A stretch of DNA of 62,593 nt from Actinomycetota bacterium (GTDB taxonomy: Bacteria > Actinomycetota > UBA4738 > HRBIN12): the NCBI GenBank assembly GCA_046724395.1, contig JBKOWM010000002.1:1-62593 (forward strand), in the 5' to 3' direction. The notes beneath the pieces are model-generated. The model saw only the letters and a list, made by a program, of their open reading frames with translations, did no database searches and had not been told where the DNA came from. The number at the start of each line of letters is the position of its first letter. Position 1 is the first letter of the stretch. Positions 7,811 through 20,397 of this stretch are shown here, in pieces. The position numbers were made by a program, and so were the translations under genes.

Positions 7811-9816
7811 GCTGCCTCCGTTCGCCGCGCGACCGCCGCCCGCTCGCGCGCCAGCGCGTCGATGAACCGGTTCAGCTGCGTATCGGCCATGAGCTCGTCG
7901 ATGGACATCCGGGACCTGCCGCGCCAATTCGCCCGTTCCAGGCCCGTGCCCGGGACGTTCTGCGGACGCTCCTCGAGCCAGAGATCCTCGAGGGAGACGA
8001 TCGCGAGCGCGGCGTCGCTGCGTCCGAGGAACCGCAGTGCGGCCTCGAGCAGATCCACATCTGCCGGGTCCCCCGCGCCGAGGAGTCCGCGGTCCCGCAG
8101 GCCCTCGACGATCGCCTGCCGGATCCGGACGCGCTCGAGAGCGCGCCGGTCGGCTTCGAGGGCGTCGAGCAGGCCGAGCTCCGCGACCATCCGGACGTCG
8201 TCGCCGGAGCAGAACGAAGCCCACGTCGGGAGGTCGTGCGTGCCGAGGGAGGCGACGGACCCACGAGGTGGATCGCGCAGCGCCGGCTCGGCTTCGAACT
8301 GGACGACGTAGCTGGTGTGAACCCGGTGCCGGCGCATCGCCCGCCGGACGTACCCGGGAACCGTGCCAAGATCCTCGCCGACGATCGCCGCGCCAGCGCG
8401 GTGGGCCTCGATCGACAGCAGTGCATACCACTCCTGCGCGCGGTAGCTCACGTACGCCCCATGTCGCGGGTCGATGCCCCGCGGGACCCAGAAGAGCCGA
8501 TGCAGCCCCATGACGTGATCGATCCGCAGGGCGGAGGCGTACCTGAGGAGGTTCGCGACGACCGCCCGCGGGTAGGCGTAGCCGTCCTCGCGGATGCGCT
8601 CCGGATGCGGTGGTGGAAACCCCCAGTCCTGCCCGCCCGAGAAGAACTGGTCGGGCGGCGCCCCGGTCGAGGCCTCCAGGGCGAACGCGGCGCGATGCCG
8701 CCAGACGTCGTAGCTCGCCCCATTGGCGCCGAGCGGCAGATCGAGACACAGCCCGCGACCCTCGGCCGCCGCCTTCTCGACGACGCCGGCGAGCTGTCGC
8801 TGGGCGAGCCACTGCGCGAAGAGGTGGTAGCGGCCGAGGGGATCGGATTCGGGTGCGCCGCGGAGTCGTCCGTCGCGCGCGCCGGCCGGCCAGGTCCCCC
8901 ACCACGCCCGGCGTCGGTCGACCTCGGCGCGGAACCGGGCGTAATCGCGCAGCTGCGGCGTCTCAGACACGAAGCGCTCGTACGACCGTGGGCGCGCACG
9001 CCGAAAGAAGCGCTCGGCCAGCGGCTCGAGCGCCGCCCGCTTGGCAGCCGCCACCGTCCGGTAGTCCACGAGGCCGCCACCGCCCCGTGTCCGCGGAGCG
9101 CCGGCAAGCCGAGCATTGGGATCCGCGCCTCGCGCCCGGTCGACGTCGACGAAGATCTCGTTCCAGAACAGGCGGCTCGCCGGCGAGTACGGACTCGGCT
9201 CGAACGGCTCGTCGAGGAACGTCGCCAGCAGCGGTAGCGTGCTCAGCATCGATGCCCCCCCGCGGGCCGCCCAGCGGTCGAGCTCGCCGAGCTCGGTGAA
9301 CGAACCGATCCCCGCAGCGTCGGCGGTGCGGCGGAGCGCGTACAGCGGCGCGAAGACCGCCCAGGAGCCGGGAGGCATGGCCGGCGCGCGCGTCGGTGCG
9401 GAGAAGATCGTCGCCGTCGATCGCGTCGACGACGTCTCGATGCACAGCGTGTGGTACCCCGCCGGGAGCCGCTCGGGCGTGGAGACGAGGGAAGCATTGG
9501 GTCTCGACGTGTCGAGGCGGATGCAGCCCCCGTCCTCGAGCTCGACCCGCAGGCTGGCCGATGCCGGCGCGCGGATCTCGGCGTCCCGAAGTCGCCCGTC
9601 CCATGCGACCAGGACCGGCTGCACGATCCGCCGCTCGAGCTCCCGCCTCCGCTCGACGAGGGCGCCGGCGGCGTCTGGAACGTGCTCGATCGGCGCGCCG
9701 AGCGCGCGGAGGGCCGCAATGAGACTCTCCGATGGGGTCCGGACGCTCCGCCCGCCGGAGTCCGTATAGGAGGGCTGCACGCCGTACTCTCGGGCGAGGT
9801 CGGCGAGCGCCTGCAT
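7807..9816 (-). CDS. malQ: 4-alpha-glucanotransferase MalQ (GH77 amylomaltase)
   Basis: Motifs LRIDHVMGLHRLFWVP, IVGEDLGTVPGYV and LGTHDLPTW. The ATG at 9814-9816 (MQALADLAREYGVQPSY) lies 11 nt after the treS-mak stop. Confidence 0.9.
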   Translation of the reverse strand: MQALADLAREYGVQPSYTDSGGRSVRTPSESLIAALRALGAPIEHVPDAAGALVERRRELERRIVQPVLVAWDGRLRDAEIRAPASASLRVELEDGGCIRLDTSRPNASLVSTPERLPAGYHTLCIETSSTRSTATIFSAPTRAPAMPPGSWAVFAPLYALRRTADAAGIGSFTELGELDRWAARGGASMLSTLPLLATFLDEPFEPSPYSPASRLFWNEIFVDVDRARGADPNARLAGAPRTRGGGGLVDYRTVAAAKRAALEPLAERFFRRARPRSYERFVSETPQLRDYARFRAEVDRRRAWWGTWPAGARDGRLRGAPESDPLGRYHLFAQWLAQRQLAGVVEKAAAEGRGLCLDLPLGANGASYDVWRHRAAFALEASTGAPPDQFFSGGQDWGFPPPHPERIREDGYAYPRAVVANLLRYASALRIDHVMGLHRLFWVPRGIDPRHGAYVSYRAQEWYALLSIEAHRAGAAIVGEDLGTVPGYVRRAMRRHRVHTSYVVQFEAEPALRDPPRGSVASLGTHDLPTWASFCSGDDVRMVAELGLLDALEADRRALERVRIRQAIVEGLRDRGLLGAGDPADVDLLEAALRFLGRSDAALAIVSLEDLWLEERPQNVPGTGLERANWRGRSRMSIDELMADTQLNRFIDALARERAAVARRTEAA

Positions 9817-9827
9817 AGCGGGCTGGG

Positions 9828-13228
<3,401 letters not shown>

Positions 13229-13232
<4 letters not shown>

Positions 13233-15229
13233 GCCCGGGCCTCCATCGGCTCGACCCGCAGGATGTGCGCCGGCTGACGTTCGGGGCGTAGCTCGACGAA
13301 GTTGTAGGCACCGCCCCACGCGAACGCGGCGCCGCTCAGAAGGTCGCGCGCCACGAAGGGAGCGTCGTCGGCGAGGCCGAGCTCGGGCATGTCGAGGCTC
13401 GTCCATCCCGCCTGCGGGAATCCCGGATCGAGGTTCGCCACCACGAGCACGACGTTCGATCCGTCCGGCGTCCGCTTGCTGTACGCCAGTAACGAGGGGT
13501 TGTCGGTACTGTGGAAGCGCAGTTGACGGTCGTGCTGGAGGGCGGGCTCGGCGCGGCGGATCCCGTTCACGCGGGCGACGAGCTCTCGCATGGCGCCGCC
13601 GCCCCGCGGATCGCGCCAGCGGATCTCGTATTTCTCCGAGTGGAGATACTCTTCGGAACCGGGCTCGCGCGGCTCGTGCTCGAGATGCTCGAACGCCGGA
13701 CCGTAGATGCCGTAGTTCGCGCCGAGCGTTGCCGCGAGGACGAACCGCAGCCGGAAGGCTGCGGGATTCCCGCTGTGCAGCTGATCGGTAAGGATGTCCG
13801 GCGTGTTGGGCCACAGGTTCGCGCGAAAGAAGTCGACGAGCGGCGGGCTCGTCAGCTCCTCGAAGTACGCGCGCAGCTCGTCACCTCCACGCCGCCACGC
13901 GAAGTATGTGTACGACTGGTCGAACCCGAGCTTGGCCAGCCGGTACATCACTTTGGGGCGCGTGAACGCCTCCGACAGGAAGAGGACGTCGGGATGCTCC
14001 CGTTTGATCTCCGCGATGAGCCACTCCCAGAAGGCAAGCGGCTTCGTGTGCGGGTTGTCGACGCGGAACACACGTACGCCGTGATCGACCCAAAAGCGCA
14101 CCACGTCCAACAGCGCCTCCCACAGCGCCCGCCAGTCCGCCGTCTCGAAGTCCAGCGGAACGATGTCCTCGTACTTCTTCGGCGGGTTCTCCGCATAGCG
14201 GATCGAGCCGTCGGGCCGGTGTCGGAACCAGTCCGGGTGCTCCCGCACCCATGGGTGGTCGGGTGAGCACTGAAAGGCTAGGTCGAGCGCGAGCTCCATG
14301 TGGTGCTCCAGCAGCGTCTTGGTGAGCAGCTCGACGTCGTCGACCGTCCCGATGTCCGGATCGACGGCCGTGTGGCCGCCGTCCTCGTTCCCGATGGCCC
14401 AAGGAGAGCCGGGGTCGCCCGCCACGGCGTGCATGGCGTTGTTCGGACCCTTGCGCTTTGTACGCCCGATGGGGTGGATCGGCGGCAGATACAGCACGTC
14501 GAATCCGCGTTCCGCGAGCTCCGGGACGAGGTCCGCGACGTCGCGCAACGTCCCCGGCCGACCGGCCTCCGGCGAGGCCGACCGGGGGAAGAGCTCGTAC
14601 CACGCGCCCCATCGCGCGCGCTCGCGGTCGACGGCCAGCCGAAACTCCGCCGACGCCGACGCGCCACGCCGTTGATCGGGGTACCGCATCATGAGCGCTG
14701 CGAGCTCCTCCGACGTGGCGACCTCGGCATATTCCTCCAGCCTCGGCCGCCTCAGGCGCTGCGCCCACTCCCTCAGCCGATCGACGTCGGGTCCGATCGC
14801 GCGACGCGCCGCCGCCGAGACGAGTTGCGCTCCGACGCCGAGCTCGGGCCCTAGGTCCTGCTCGGCGGCGAGGCGTTTTAACAGGTCCTCGCGCCACGAC
14901 CCGAACGCGTCGATCCACGCACCGACCTGGAACCGGTATTCGCCCACCTCGACGACGCGGAACGATCCGCGCCACCGGTCGTTGCCGTCGAGGAGCGTCA
15001 TCGCCGACTCCTGCCAATCGTCGGCGCGCTCGGATCGAAAGCGGATCGCGGCGCCGATCCGGTCGTGGCCGTCCGCGAACACGTCCGCCTCGACGTCGAC
15101 GAGATCGCCGACGATGCGCTTGGCGGGAAAGCGGCCGCCGTCGACGACGGGCTGTACGCCCTCGATGACGACCCGGTTGCGACCCTCGTTCGGTACCACC
15201 TGATCTCCCCGACCGGCGCCCGCCGTCAC
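13229..15229 (-). CDS. glgE: Alpha-1,4-glucan:maltose-1-phosphate maltosyltransferase GlgE
   Basis: 666 aa. VIEGVQPVVDGGRFPAKRIVGD, VFRVDNPHTKPLAFWEWLI, FLSEAFTRPKVMYRLAKLGF. Confidence 0.95.
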
Positions 15230-15298
15230 GAAAGACGCGCCGATCCGGCGCGCTCCGGTCAGGTTACCGGAGGTCCCAGCGGCATTCGCCGCGGCGCG

Positions 15299-15409
15299 TT
15301 ACTCGGTCTGGACCGGCTGGTCTTTGTGCTCCTCGAGGTGCCGCTCCAACGCCGCCTCGTCGTCGAACGTCGAGCCGCAGACCGGGCAGGTCTTGGTGAG
15401 ATCGCCCAT
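15299..15409 (-). CDS. Unannotated 36-aa ORF encoding a single classical C2H2 zinc-finger motif
   Basis: Hand translation: MGDLTKTCPVCGSTFDDEAALERHLEEHKDQPVQTE. The spacing is C-X2-C-X3-F-X5-L-X2-H-X3-H. 34 of 36 codons end in G/C. GGTAGGA lies 7 nt upstream of the ATG. It is below the ORF-track size cutoff. Confidence 0.45.
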   Translation of the reverse strand: MGDLTKTCPVCGSTFDDEAALERHLEEHKDQPVQTE

Positions 15410-15641
15410 CGCTTCGTCCTACCCACCCGCGGCGCGTGTGATCTCATCCTCGTCCGAACGCGCGGGGACCTTGACTCCCGGCGTCGTATTGGGCTCGCCG
15501 GTCCGACGGAAGGCCCATCGGCCTGAACGCCCGTCGGGCGGAAGACGGCGGGGCGGAAGGGTCGTGTCAGGAGCGGCTCCTCTGCCGCCCGACCTCGCGA
15601 CCGTTGCCGGGCGTTCGCTGAACGGCCCGAGCGAGAACGCG

Positions 15642-15848
15642 CTACTGGCCGCCCTTTTGCACGTATGACGTCACGAACTCCTCGGCGTTCTCCTCGAGGA
15701 CGGCGTCGATCTCATCGAGCAGGTCGTCCAGGTCGTGACGGACCTCGTCGGCGTGGCGCGCGGACCGGCGCGAGCTCTGCTCGCGCGCCTCCGCGTCGTC
15801 GCGGCCGCGGTTGCGGCGCTGCTGCTGTTGCCGGATCCGTGTCGCCAT
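15642..15848 (-). CDS. pup: Prokaryotic ubiquitin-like protein Pup (68 aa, C-terminal GGQ)
   Basis: MATRIRQQQQ...HDLDDLLDEIDAVLEENAEEFVTSYVQKGGQ matches the Pup C-terminal signature. GGAGGTG SD lies just upstream of the ATG at 15846-15848. The 360-aa ORF-track entry is an artefactual extension. Confidence 0.9.
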   Translation of the reverse strand: MATRIRQQQQRRNRGRDDAEAREQSSRRSARHADEVRHDLDDLLDEIDAVLEENAEEFVTSYVQKGGQ

Positions 15849-15931
15849 CACACCTCCGATCCTCGAGGTGTCGGCGTCCGCCGGGCGCGGTTGATGGCCC
15901 GTAGGGGTGGTCTTGATGCAGTCCGGCCGGA

Positions 15932-17278
15932 TCACTCCGGGGCCGTCGACCGCCCCCCCGGTGGCCAGGCGAAACCGTCCCACGGGTCGTAGTCCACCTC
16001 GAGGGGCTCCTGCGGCGGGCGGTCGGGCTCGGGGACGTTGCGAAGGTTGAGGCGGATCCTCGTCCACGTCGTGTGACGGCCGCGCATCGCGTCGATCAGG
16101 ACGTCGGCCGGCTGGAGCCGTTCCCAGACGTCGGGATGGCGCTGGCGCCAGCGATCGAGTCCGGCCATCGCCTCGGCCTCCGTCTCGGCGCGAGCGATCT
16201 CGATGAGCGGCATCGTCGATCGACGCCTGCCCGCCGACCCTCCATATCGCGCGGTTGCCCCGGAACGCGCCGACGTGGACGGGCGTCGCTTCGAGGGCTG
16301 GACACGCGGAGGCTCGCCGGGCTGCTTCTCGTAGTGCGGCGGCCATGGCGCGTCGCCCAGCCCCGCCTCCTCGTGTTCCATCGAGAGCTCCAGCAGGCGA
16401 TCGAGCGATCCGGGCGCGTCGTCTATCCCGGCGGCGGGATCCCCGATCGTGGCAACACGCTCGGGCACGGTATCGATCGTGAACGCGGCCGGGTCGCACG
16501 CCGGGACCTCGTCCCACGCCAGCGGCGTCGAGACCCGGGCGTCGGGTGTGGGGCGGACCGAGTAGGCGGACGCCGTCGTCCGGTCTTTGGCGTTCTGGTT
16601 GTAGTCCAGGAACACGCCGTGACGCTCCTCCTTCCACCACTTGCTCGTCGCCAGGTCCGGCGCGCGCCGCTCGACCTCGCGCGCGACCGCAAGCGCGGCG
16701 CGTCGAACCTGCGTGAACGTCCACCGCGGCTCGATCCGAGAGAAGACGTGCATACCGCGCGACCCCGACGTCTTAGGCCAACCGACGAGGCCGTAGGCTC
16801 CGAGGACGTCGCGCGTGACCATCGCGACGTCACGGACCTGACTCCACTCGACCCCGCGCACCGGATCGAGGTCGACGCGGAGCTCGTCGGGATGCTCGAG
16901 ATCGTCGGCCCGGACCGGGTGCGGGTTGAGGTCGACGCATCCGAGGTTCACGATCCACGCAAGCTGCGCCGCGTTCGTCACAACGATCTCGTCCGCCGTG
17001 CGCCCGGACGGAAACGCCAGCGTTACGGTCTCGATCCACGCCGGCCGAGACGACGGTGCGCGCTTCTGGAAGAACGGCGGCTCCTCGACGCCGTTCACGT
17101 AGCGCTTCAGCGCCATCGGCCGCCCGGCGACCCCGCGAACCGCCCCGTCGCGCACGGCCAGGTAGAAGCGGACCAGATCGATCTTCGTGTAGCCGGTCTT
17201 CGGGAAGAAGACCTTGTCCGGGTTGGAGATCGAGACCTCGTGGCCGTCGATCTCGAGGGTCGCCTTTCGCGACGGCAT
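15932..17278 (-). CDS. Stand-alone LigD-type primase-polymerase (NHEJ PolDom / Prim-Pol-like) with a C-terminal extension of about 150 aa
   Basis: ISNPDKVFFP, MALKRYVNGVEEPPFFQKRAP, GCVDLNPHPVR, ELRVDLDP, WPKTSGSRGMHVF, VFLDYNQNAKDRTTASAYSVRP. No ligase or nuclease domain is present in the ORF. Confidence 0.85.
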   Translation of the reverse strand: MPSRKATLEIDGHEVSISNPDKVFFPKTGYTKIDLVRFYLAVRDGAVRGVAGRPMALKRYVNGVEEPPFFQKRAPSSRPAWIETVTLAFPSGRTADEIVVTNAAQLAWIVNLGCVDLNPHPVRADDLEHPDELRVDLDPVRGVEWSQVRDVAMVTRDVLGAYGLVGWPKTSGSRGMHVFSRIEPRWTFTQVRRAALAVAREVERRAPDLATSKWWKEERHGVFLDYNQNAKDRTTASAYSVRPTPDARVSTPLAWDEVPACDPAAFTIDTVPERVATIGDPAAGIDDAPGSLDRLLELSMEHEEAGLGDAPWPPHYEKQPGEPPRVQPSKRRPSTSARSGATARYGGSAGRRRSTMPLIEIARAETEAEAMAGLDRWRQRHPDVWERLQPADVLIDAMRGRHTTWTRIRLNLRNVPEPDRPPQEPLEVDYDPWDGFAWPPGGRSTAPE

Positions 17279-17314
17279 GCCGACAACGATATCGGCGTCC
17301 CGCCGACCGTCCCG

Positions 17315-19384
17315 TCAGCCGCCGACAGCCACGCCGAGCCGGTCCGTCACGAAGGCGAGCACGTCGCTCTCGATGCCGATCTCCTGATCGAGGGATTGAC
17401 CGATGCCGTGGCCGCCCGACTCCACCCGGAGCAGAATCGGCTCGTCCGAGGACGTGGCGACCTGCAGGCGGGCCGTCATCTTCTTCGCGTGGTATGCGTC
17501 GACGCGCGGGTCGAACTCGCCCATCGTGAGCAGGACGGCCGGATACGCAGTGCCGTCCACCACACGGTGATACGGCGAGTAGGCGTACATAGCCGCGAAC
17601 TGGTCGGCCTCCTCTACCGTCCCGAACTCGGCGACGTTGTACACGCCGTTGGGATGCAGTTCGACGCGCAGCATGTCGAGGACCGGGACCTCCGCAACGA
17701 CCGCGCGCGCGATGTCCGGGTGCTGTGTCAGCACCGCGCCCATCAACAGTCCGCCGTTGGACCCGCCGAGGATCGCGAGCCGGTCCACCGTCGTGATCCC
17801 GCTCGAGACGAGATGCTGCGCGCACGCCGCGAAGTCGTCGAAGCAGTTCTGCTTCGACAGCAGTCGTGCGGCCTGGTGCCACGCGTCGCCGTATTCGCCA
17901 CCACCCCGGATGTTCGCGACCGCGACGACGAACCCCCGTTCCAGCCAGAGGAGCCTGCTTGCGAAGAACCACGGCTTGATCGAGATGCCGTAGCCCCCGT
18001 ACCCGGTGAGCAAGGTCGGCGCGGGGCCCGAGTCGAGCGTTCCCGCGCGTGCGATGAGGCTGATCGGCACCCGCGTTCCGTCGCGCGACGTCGCGAAGAT
18101 TCGCCGGACCTCGATGCCCGAGAAGTCGAGCGGCGTCGTCGCGGCAAGGGCGGTTCGACGAGGAACGTCCTCGCCGTCGCGCGTGACCCACCACTCGCGT
18201 GGGGACACGAACGTCTCCACGGGGTACGCGACCTCGTCGTCCGCCAACCGGGAGATCGAATCGACGGCGCATACGGACGGCAGCTCCACCGAGCGAAGCG
18301 GCGTCCCCTCGAGGTCGAAGGAGCGGATCGCCGAGACGCCACCATCCATGTCGAGCGTCCAGAGCCTTTGGTCGGTGACCGCCAGTCCCTCGATCGCGAG
18401 GGCCGACTCCGGCACGACGACCGAGGCGCCCTCGGCGCTCGCGCCGGGCGACAGGGTGAGCCTGAGGATCCGTCCGTTCGGAGCGCCCTTGCGCGAAAGG
18501 AGGAAGATCTCGTCGCGCCCGAACGCCGCGTCGACGATCCGGTCGGGGATCGCTGCGAGCTGCCACCACGCTCCCGCGTCCTGCCGCCGAACGAAGAGCT
18601 CCCATTCGCCCCCGTCGCCGCGCTGTACGAGGTCCAGAACCCAGCGGCCGTCGGACGACGACGACAGGACGCTCTCCGCGATCCGGTCGTCTGCGAACAC
18701 GCCCGCCAGATCGCGACGGTCGTCGGTTCGCCCGATCTCGTGGAACCAGATTTCCTGGAAGAACCGAAGATCCTCGTCGGCTCGCTCGCCTGGCGCTGGA
18801 AAGCGCGTGTACCAGAACCCGTTCGAGTCACCGCGCCACGCGACCGAGCCGCCCATGACCGTGATCCGAGGGATGCGGACGTCGATCACCTCACCGCTCG
18901 ACGTGTCGAACAGATGCAGCGTCCCGTCCTCCGTTCCGCGCTCGGATAACGAGACGGCGACGACGCGCCCGCCGGGCGACGGGACGTACCAGTCGATCGT
19001 CGTCGCGCCGCTTTGGTCGAGCTCGTTCGGGTCGACGACGATGCGCTCGCTCCGGGCATCGTCGAGATCTGCGACCGCCACGAGGAACGACTGTTGCTTG
19101 GGCGGCTGGTGCTTCAGGGCGAAGTACGTCCCGCCCCCGAAGCGCAGGTCTGCGTACGTCGTTGACTCGGCCCCGATGATCTCCTGGGCCCGCCGGCGGA
19201 TGGCGCCGTAGGACGAAAGGCCGCTGAGATAGCTCATGGTCCGCTCGTGCTGGGCCTTCGTCCACATCTGGGTCTCCTCGGACGAGGCATCCTCGAGCCA
19301 CCGATAGTCGTCGGTTACCGCCACCCCGTGATACGTGGTCGTCACCGGTTGACGCATCGTGTCGATCCTGGTGAGGTCCGTCAT
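17315..19384 (-). CDS. Prolyl oligopeptidase family serine peptidase (S9A)
   Basis: VTDDYRWLED near the N-terminus. Nucleophile motif GGSNGGLLMGAV. ATG at 19382-19384 follows a GGAGGAG SD. The ORF-track extension would overlap the tRNA. Confidence 0.9.
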   Translation of the reverse strand: MTDLTRIDTMRQPVTTTYHGVAVTDDYRWLEDASSEETQMWTKAQHERTMSYLSGLSSYGAIRRRAQEIIGAESTTYADLRFGGGTYFALKHQPPKQQSFLVAVADLDDARSERIVVDPNELDQSGATTIDWYVPSPGGRVVAVSLSERGTEDGTLHLFDTSSGEVIDVRIPRITVMGGSVAWRGDSNGFWYTRFPAPGERADEDLRFFQEIWFHEIGRTDDRRDLAGVFADDRIAESVLSSSSDGRWVLDLVQRGDGGEWELFVRRQDAGAWWQLAAIPDRIVDAAFGRDEIFLLSRKGAPNGRILRLTLSPGASAEGASVVVPESALAIEGLAVTDQRLWTLDMDGGVSAIRSFDLEGTPLRSVELPSVCAVDSISRLADDEVAYPVETFVSPREWWVTRDGEDVPRRTALAATTPLDFSGIEVRRIFATSRDGTRVPISLIARAGTLDSGPAPTLLTGYGGYGISIKPWFFASRLLWLERGFVVAVANIRGGGEYGDAWHQAARLLSKQNCFDDFAACAQHLVSSGITTVDRLAILGGSNGGLLMGAVLTQHPDIARAVVAEVPVLDMLRVELHPNGVYNVAEFGTVEEADQFAAMYAYSPYHRVVDGTAYPAVLLTMGEFDPRVDAYHAKKMTARLQVATSSDEPILLRVESGGHGIGQSLDQEIGIESDVLAFVTDRLGVAVGG

Positions 19385-19458
19385 CGCTCCTCCTGCGAGT
19401 TTTCGGGCGCCGGTCGTGGACTGTTCCTCGAGCACGCTATCCTGCGGACGCCTTCGCG

Positions 19459-19540
19459 TGCCCGGGGTGGGATTCGAACCCACACGCCCCGAAGGGCCGA
19501 GGGGTTTAAGCCCTCTCCGTCTACATTCCGGCACCCGGGC
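19459..19540 (-). tRNA. tRNA-Leu, anticodon UAA (class II, long variable arm)
   Basis: Reverse complement folds by eye. Acceptor GCCCGGG/CCCGGGC, anticodon stem GAGGG/CCCTC with loop CTTAAAC, variable-arm hairpin GCCC-TTCG-GGGC, T-arm GTGGG-TTCGAAT-CCCAC. No encoded CCA. Confidence 0.85.
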
Positions 19541-19578
19541 CCGAACGAACTATACGAACGCCTCGCGTCGGCTGAAGC

Positions 19579-20385
19579 TCAGCCGCTCGCCGAGACCGTC
19601 ACCTTCTCCAGATAGACGTCGCTCTTCGGGTGCTGGCCCTCGAGGCCGCCCGACGGGTCGCGGATCGGCAGTCCGCCGATCTTCTTGACCACGTCGAGCC
19701 CGTTCACGACCGTCCCGAAGACGGTGTACTTCGGTGTCGAGTCGAGCTGGTGGCCGCCGTTCCCGAACACGATGAAGAACTGGCTTCCCCCGGTGTTGGC
19801 GCCGGCATTGGCCATCGCGACCGTTCCCGGACCATACGTCTCGTTGCCGGTCAGCTCGTCGGGGATGGTGTAGCCGGGTCCGCCGCTTCCGGTTCCGGTG
19901 GGATCGCCACCCTGGATCACGTCGATGCTCGTATCGATCCGGTGGATCTGCGTCCCGTCGAAGTAGTGCTTCCCGGCGAGGAACACGAAGCTGTTGACCG
20001 TCTGCGGCGCGCTGTCGGCCAGCAGGCGGATCTCGATCGTCCCACAGGACGTCGCCATGGTCGCGGTGTACGTCTTGGACGCGTCGATACTCATCGGCGG
20101 CGCCTCGTCGAACTGCGGCTTCTTCTCGTCCGCCGCGCTCGGAACCGATCCGCGGCACGCGACTTTCGGCTCCGCCGACGCCGAAGGCGAGGCCGAGCCG
20201 GACGCGGCCGGCGCCGGCTCGCTCCGGGTCACGAACGCGTAGCCGGCGATCCCGACGCCTGCGAGGCCGATGACGAGGCCGATCGCGATGATCGCCGTTC
20301 TCCGCCGCTGTTGGCGTCGTCGTTCCGCGTACCGTCGCTGCGCGACACGCGCGAGCTGCCGGTTTCGCGTTCTTCGGTTCGGCAT
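19579..20385 (-). CDS. Membrane-anchored cyclophilin-type peptidyl-prolyl isomerase
   Basis: N-terminal basic stretch plus TM IIAIGLVIGLAGVGIAGYAFV. Cyclophilin core FDGTQIHRI...IQGGDPTGTGSGGPGY...GTVAMANAGANTGGSQFFIVF. Confidence 0.9.
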   Translation of the reverse strand: MPNRRTRNRQLARVAQRRYAERRRQQRRRTAIIAIGLVIGLAGVGIAGYAFVTRSEPAPAASGSASPSASAEPKVACRGSVPSAADEKKPQFDEAPPMSIDASKTYTATMATSCGTIEIRLLADSAPQTVNSFVFLAGKHYFDGTQIHRIDTSIDVIQGGDPTGTGSGGPGYTIPDELTGNETYGPGTVAMANAGANTGGSQFFIVFGNGGHQLDSTPKYTVFGTVVNGLDVVKKIGGLPIRDPSGGLEGQHPKSDVYLEKVTVSASG

Positions 20386-20397
20386 CGGCCGGACAGG

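Noticed and set aside
7811-8905. N-terminal extensions offered by the ORF track for glgB. The same applies to treS (13233-13814), malQ (9817-10038), eno (25471-25794), metG (45707-46537), glmU (40047-40223), POP (19385-19534), L25, the GGDEF-EAL gene and the TolB-like gene
   Set aside because: The extensions are Arg-rich low complexity, overlap upstream genes or tRNAs, and precede well-conserved N-termini that have their own SD or a 4-nt overlap start.
15259-15447. 62-aa minus-strand ORF-track entry overlapping the zinc-finger mini-ORF in another frame
   Set aside because: It is Arg/Ser/Thr/Pro-rich with no motif. The alternative 36-codon frame has the C2H2 pattern, better G/C third-position bias and an SD.
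16073-18949. 958-aa plus-strand ORF, and similar long antisense ORFs (5702-7522, 10272-12983, 28750-30021, 52106-54436 and others)
   Set aside because: All are antisense to ORFs with strong family signatures (PolDom/POP, GlgB, TreS, Mfd, FAD oxidoreductase). All have Arg/Pro/Gly/Asp-dominated composition without motifs.
19459-19540. tRNA-Leu and tRNA-Gln (40115-40185) as integration sites of genomic islands
   Set aside because: There is no integrase, no partial tRNA direct repeat and no mobility gene nearby. Flanking genes belong to the conserved backbone.
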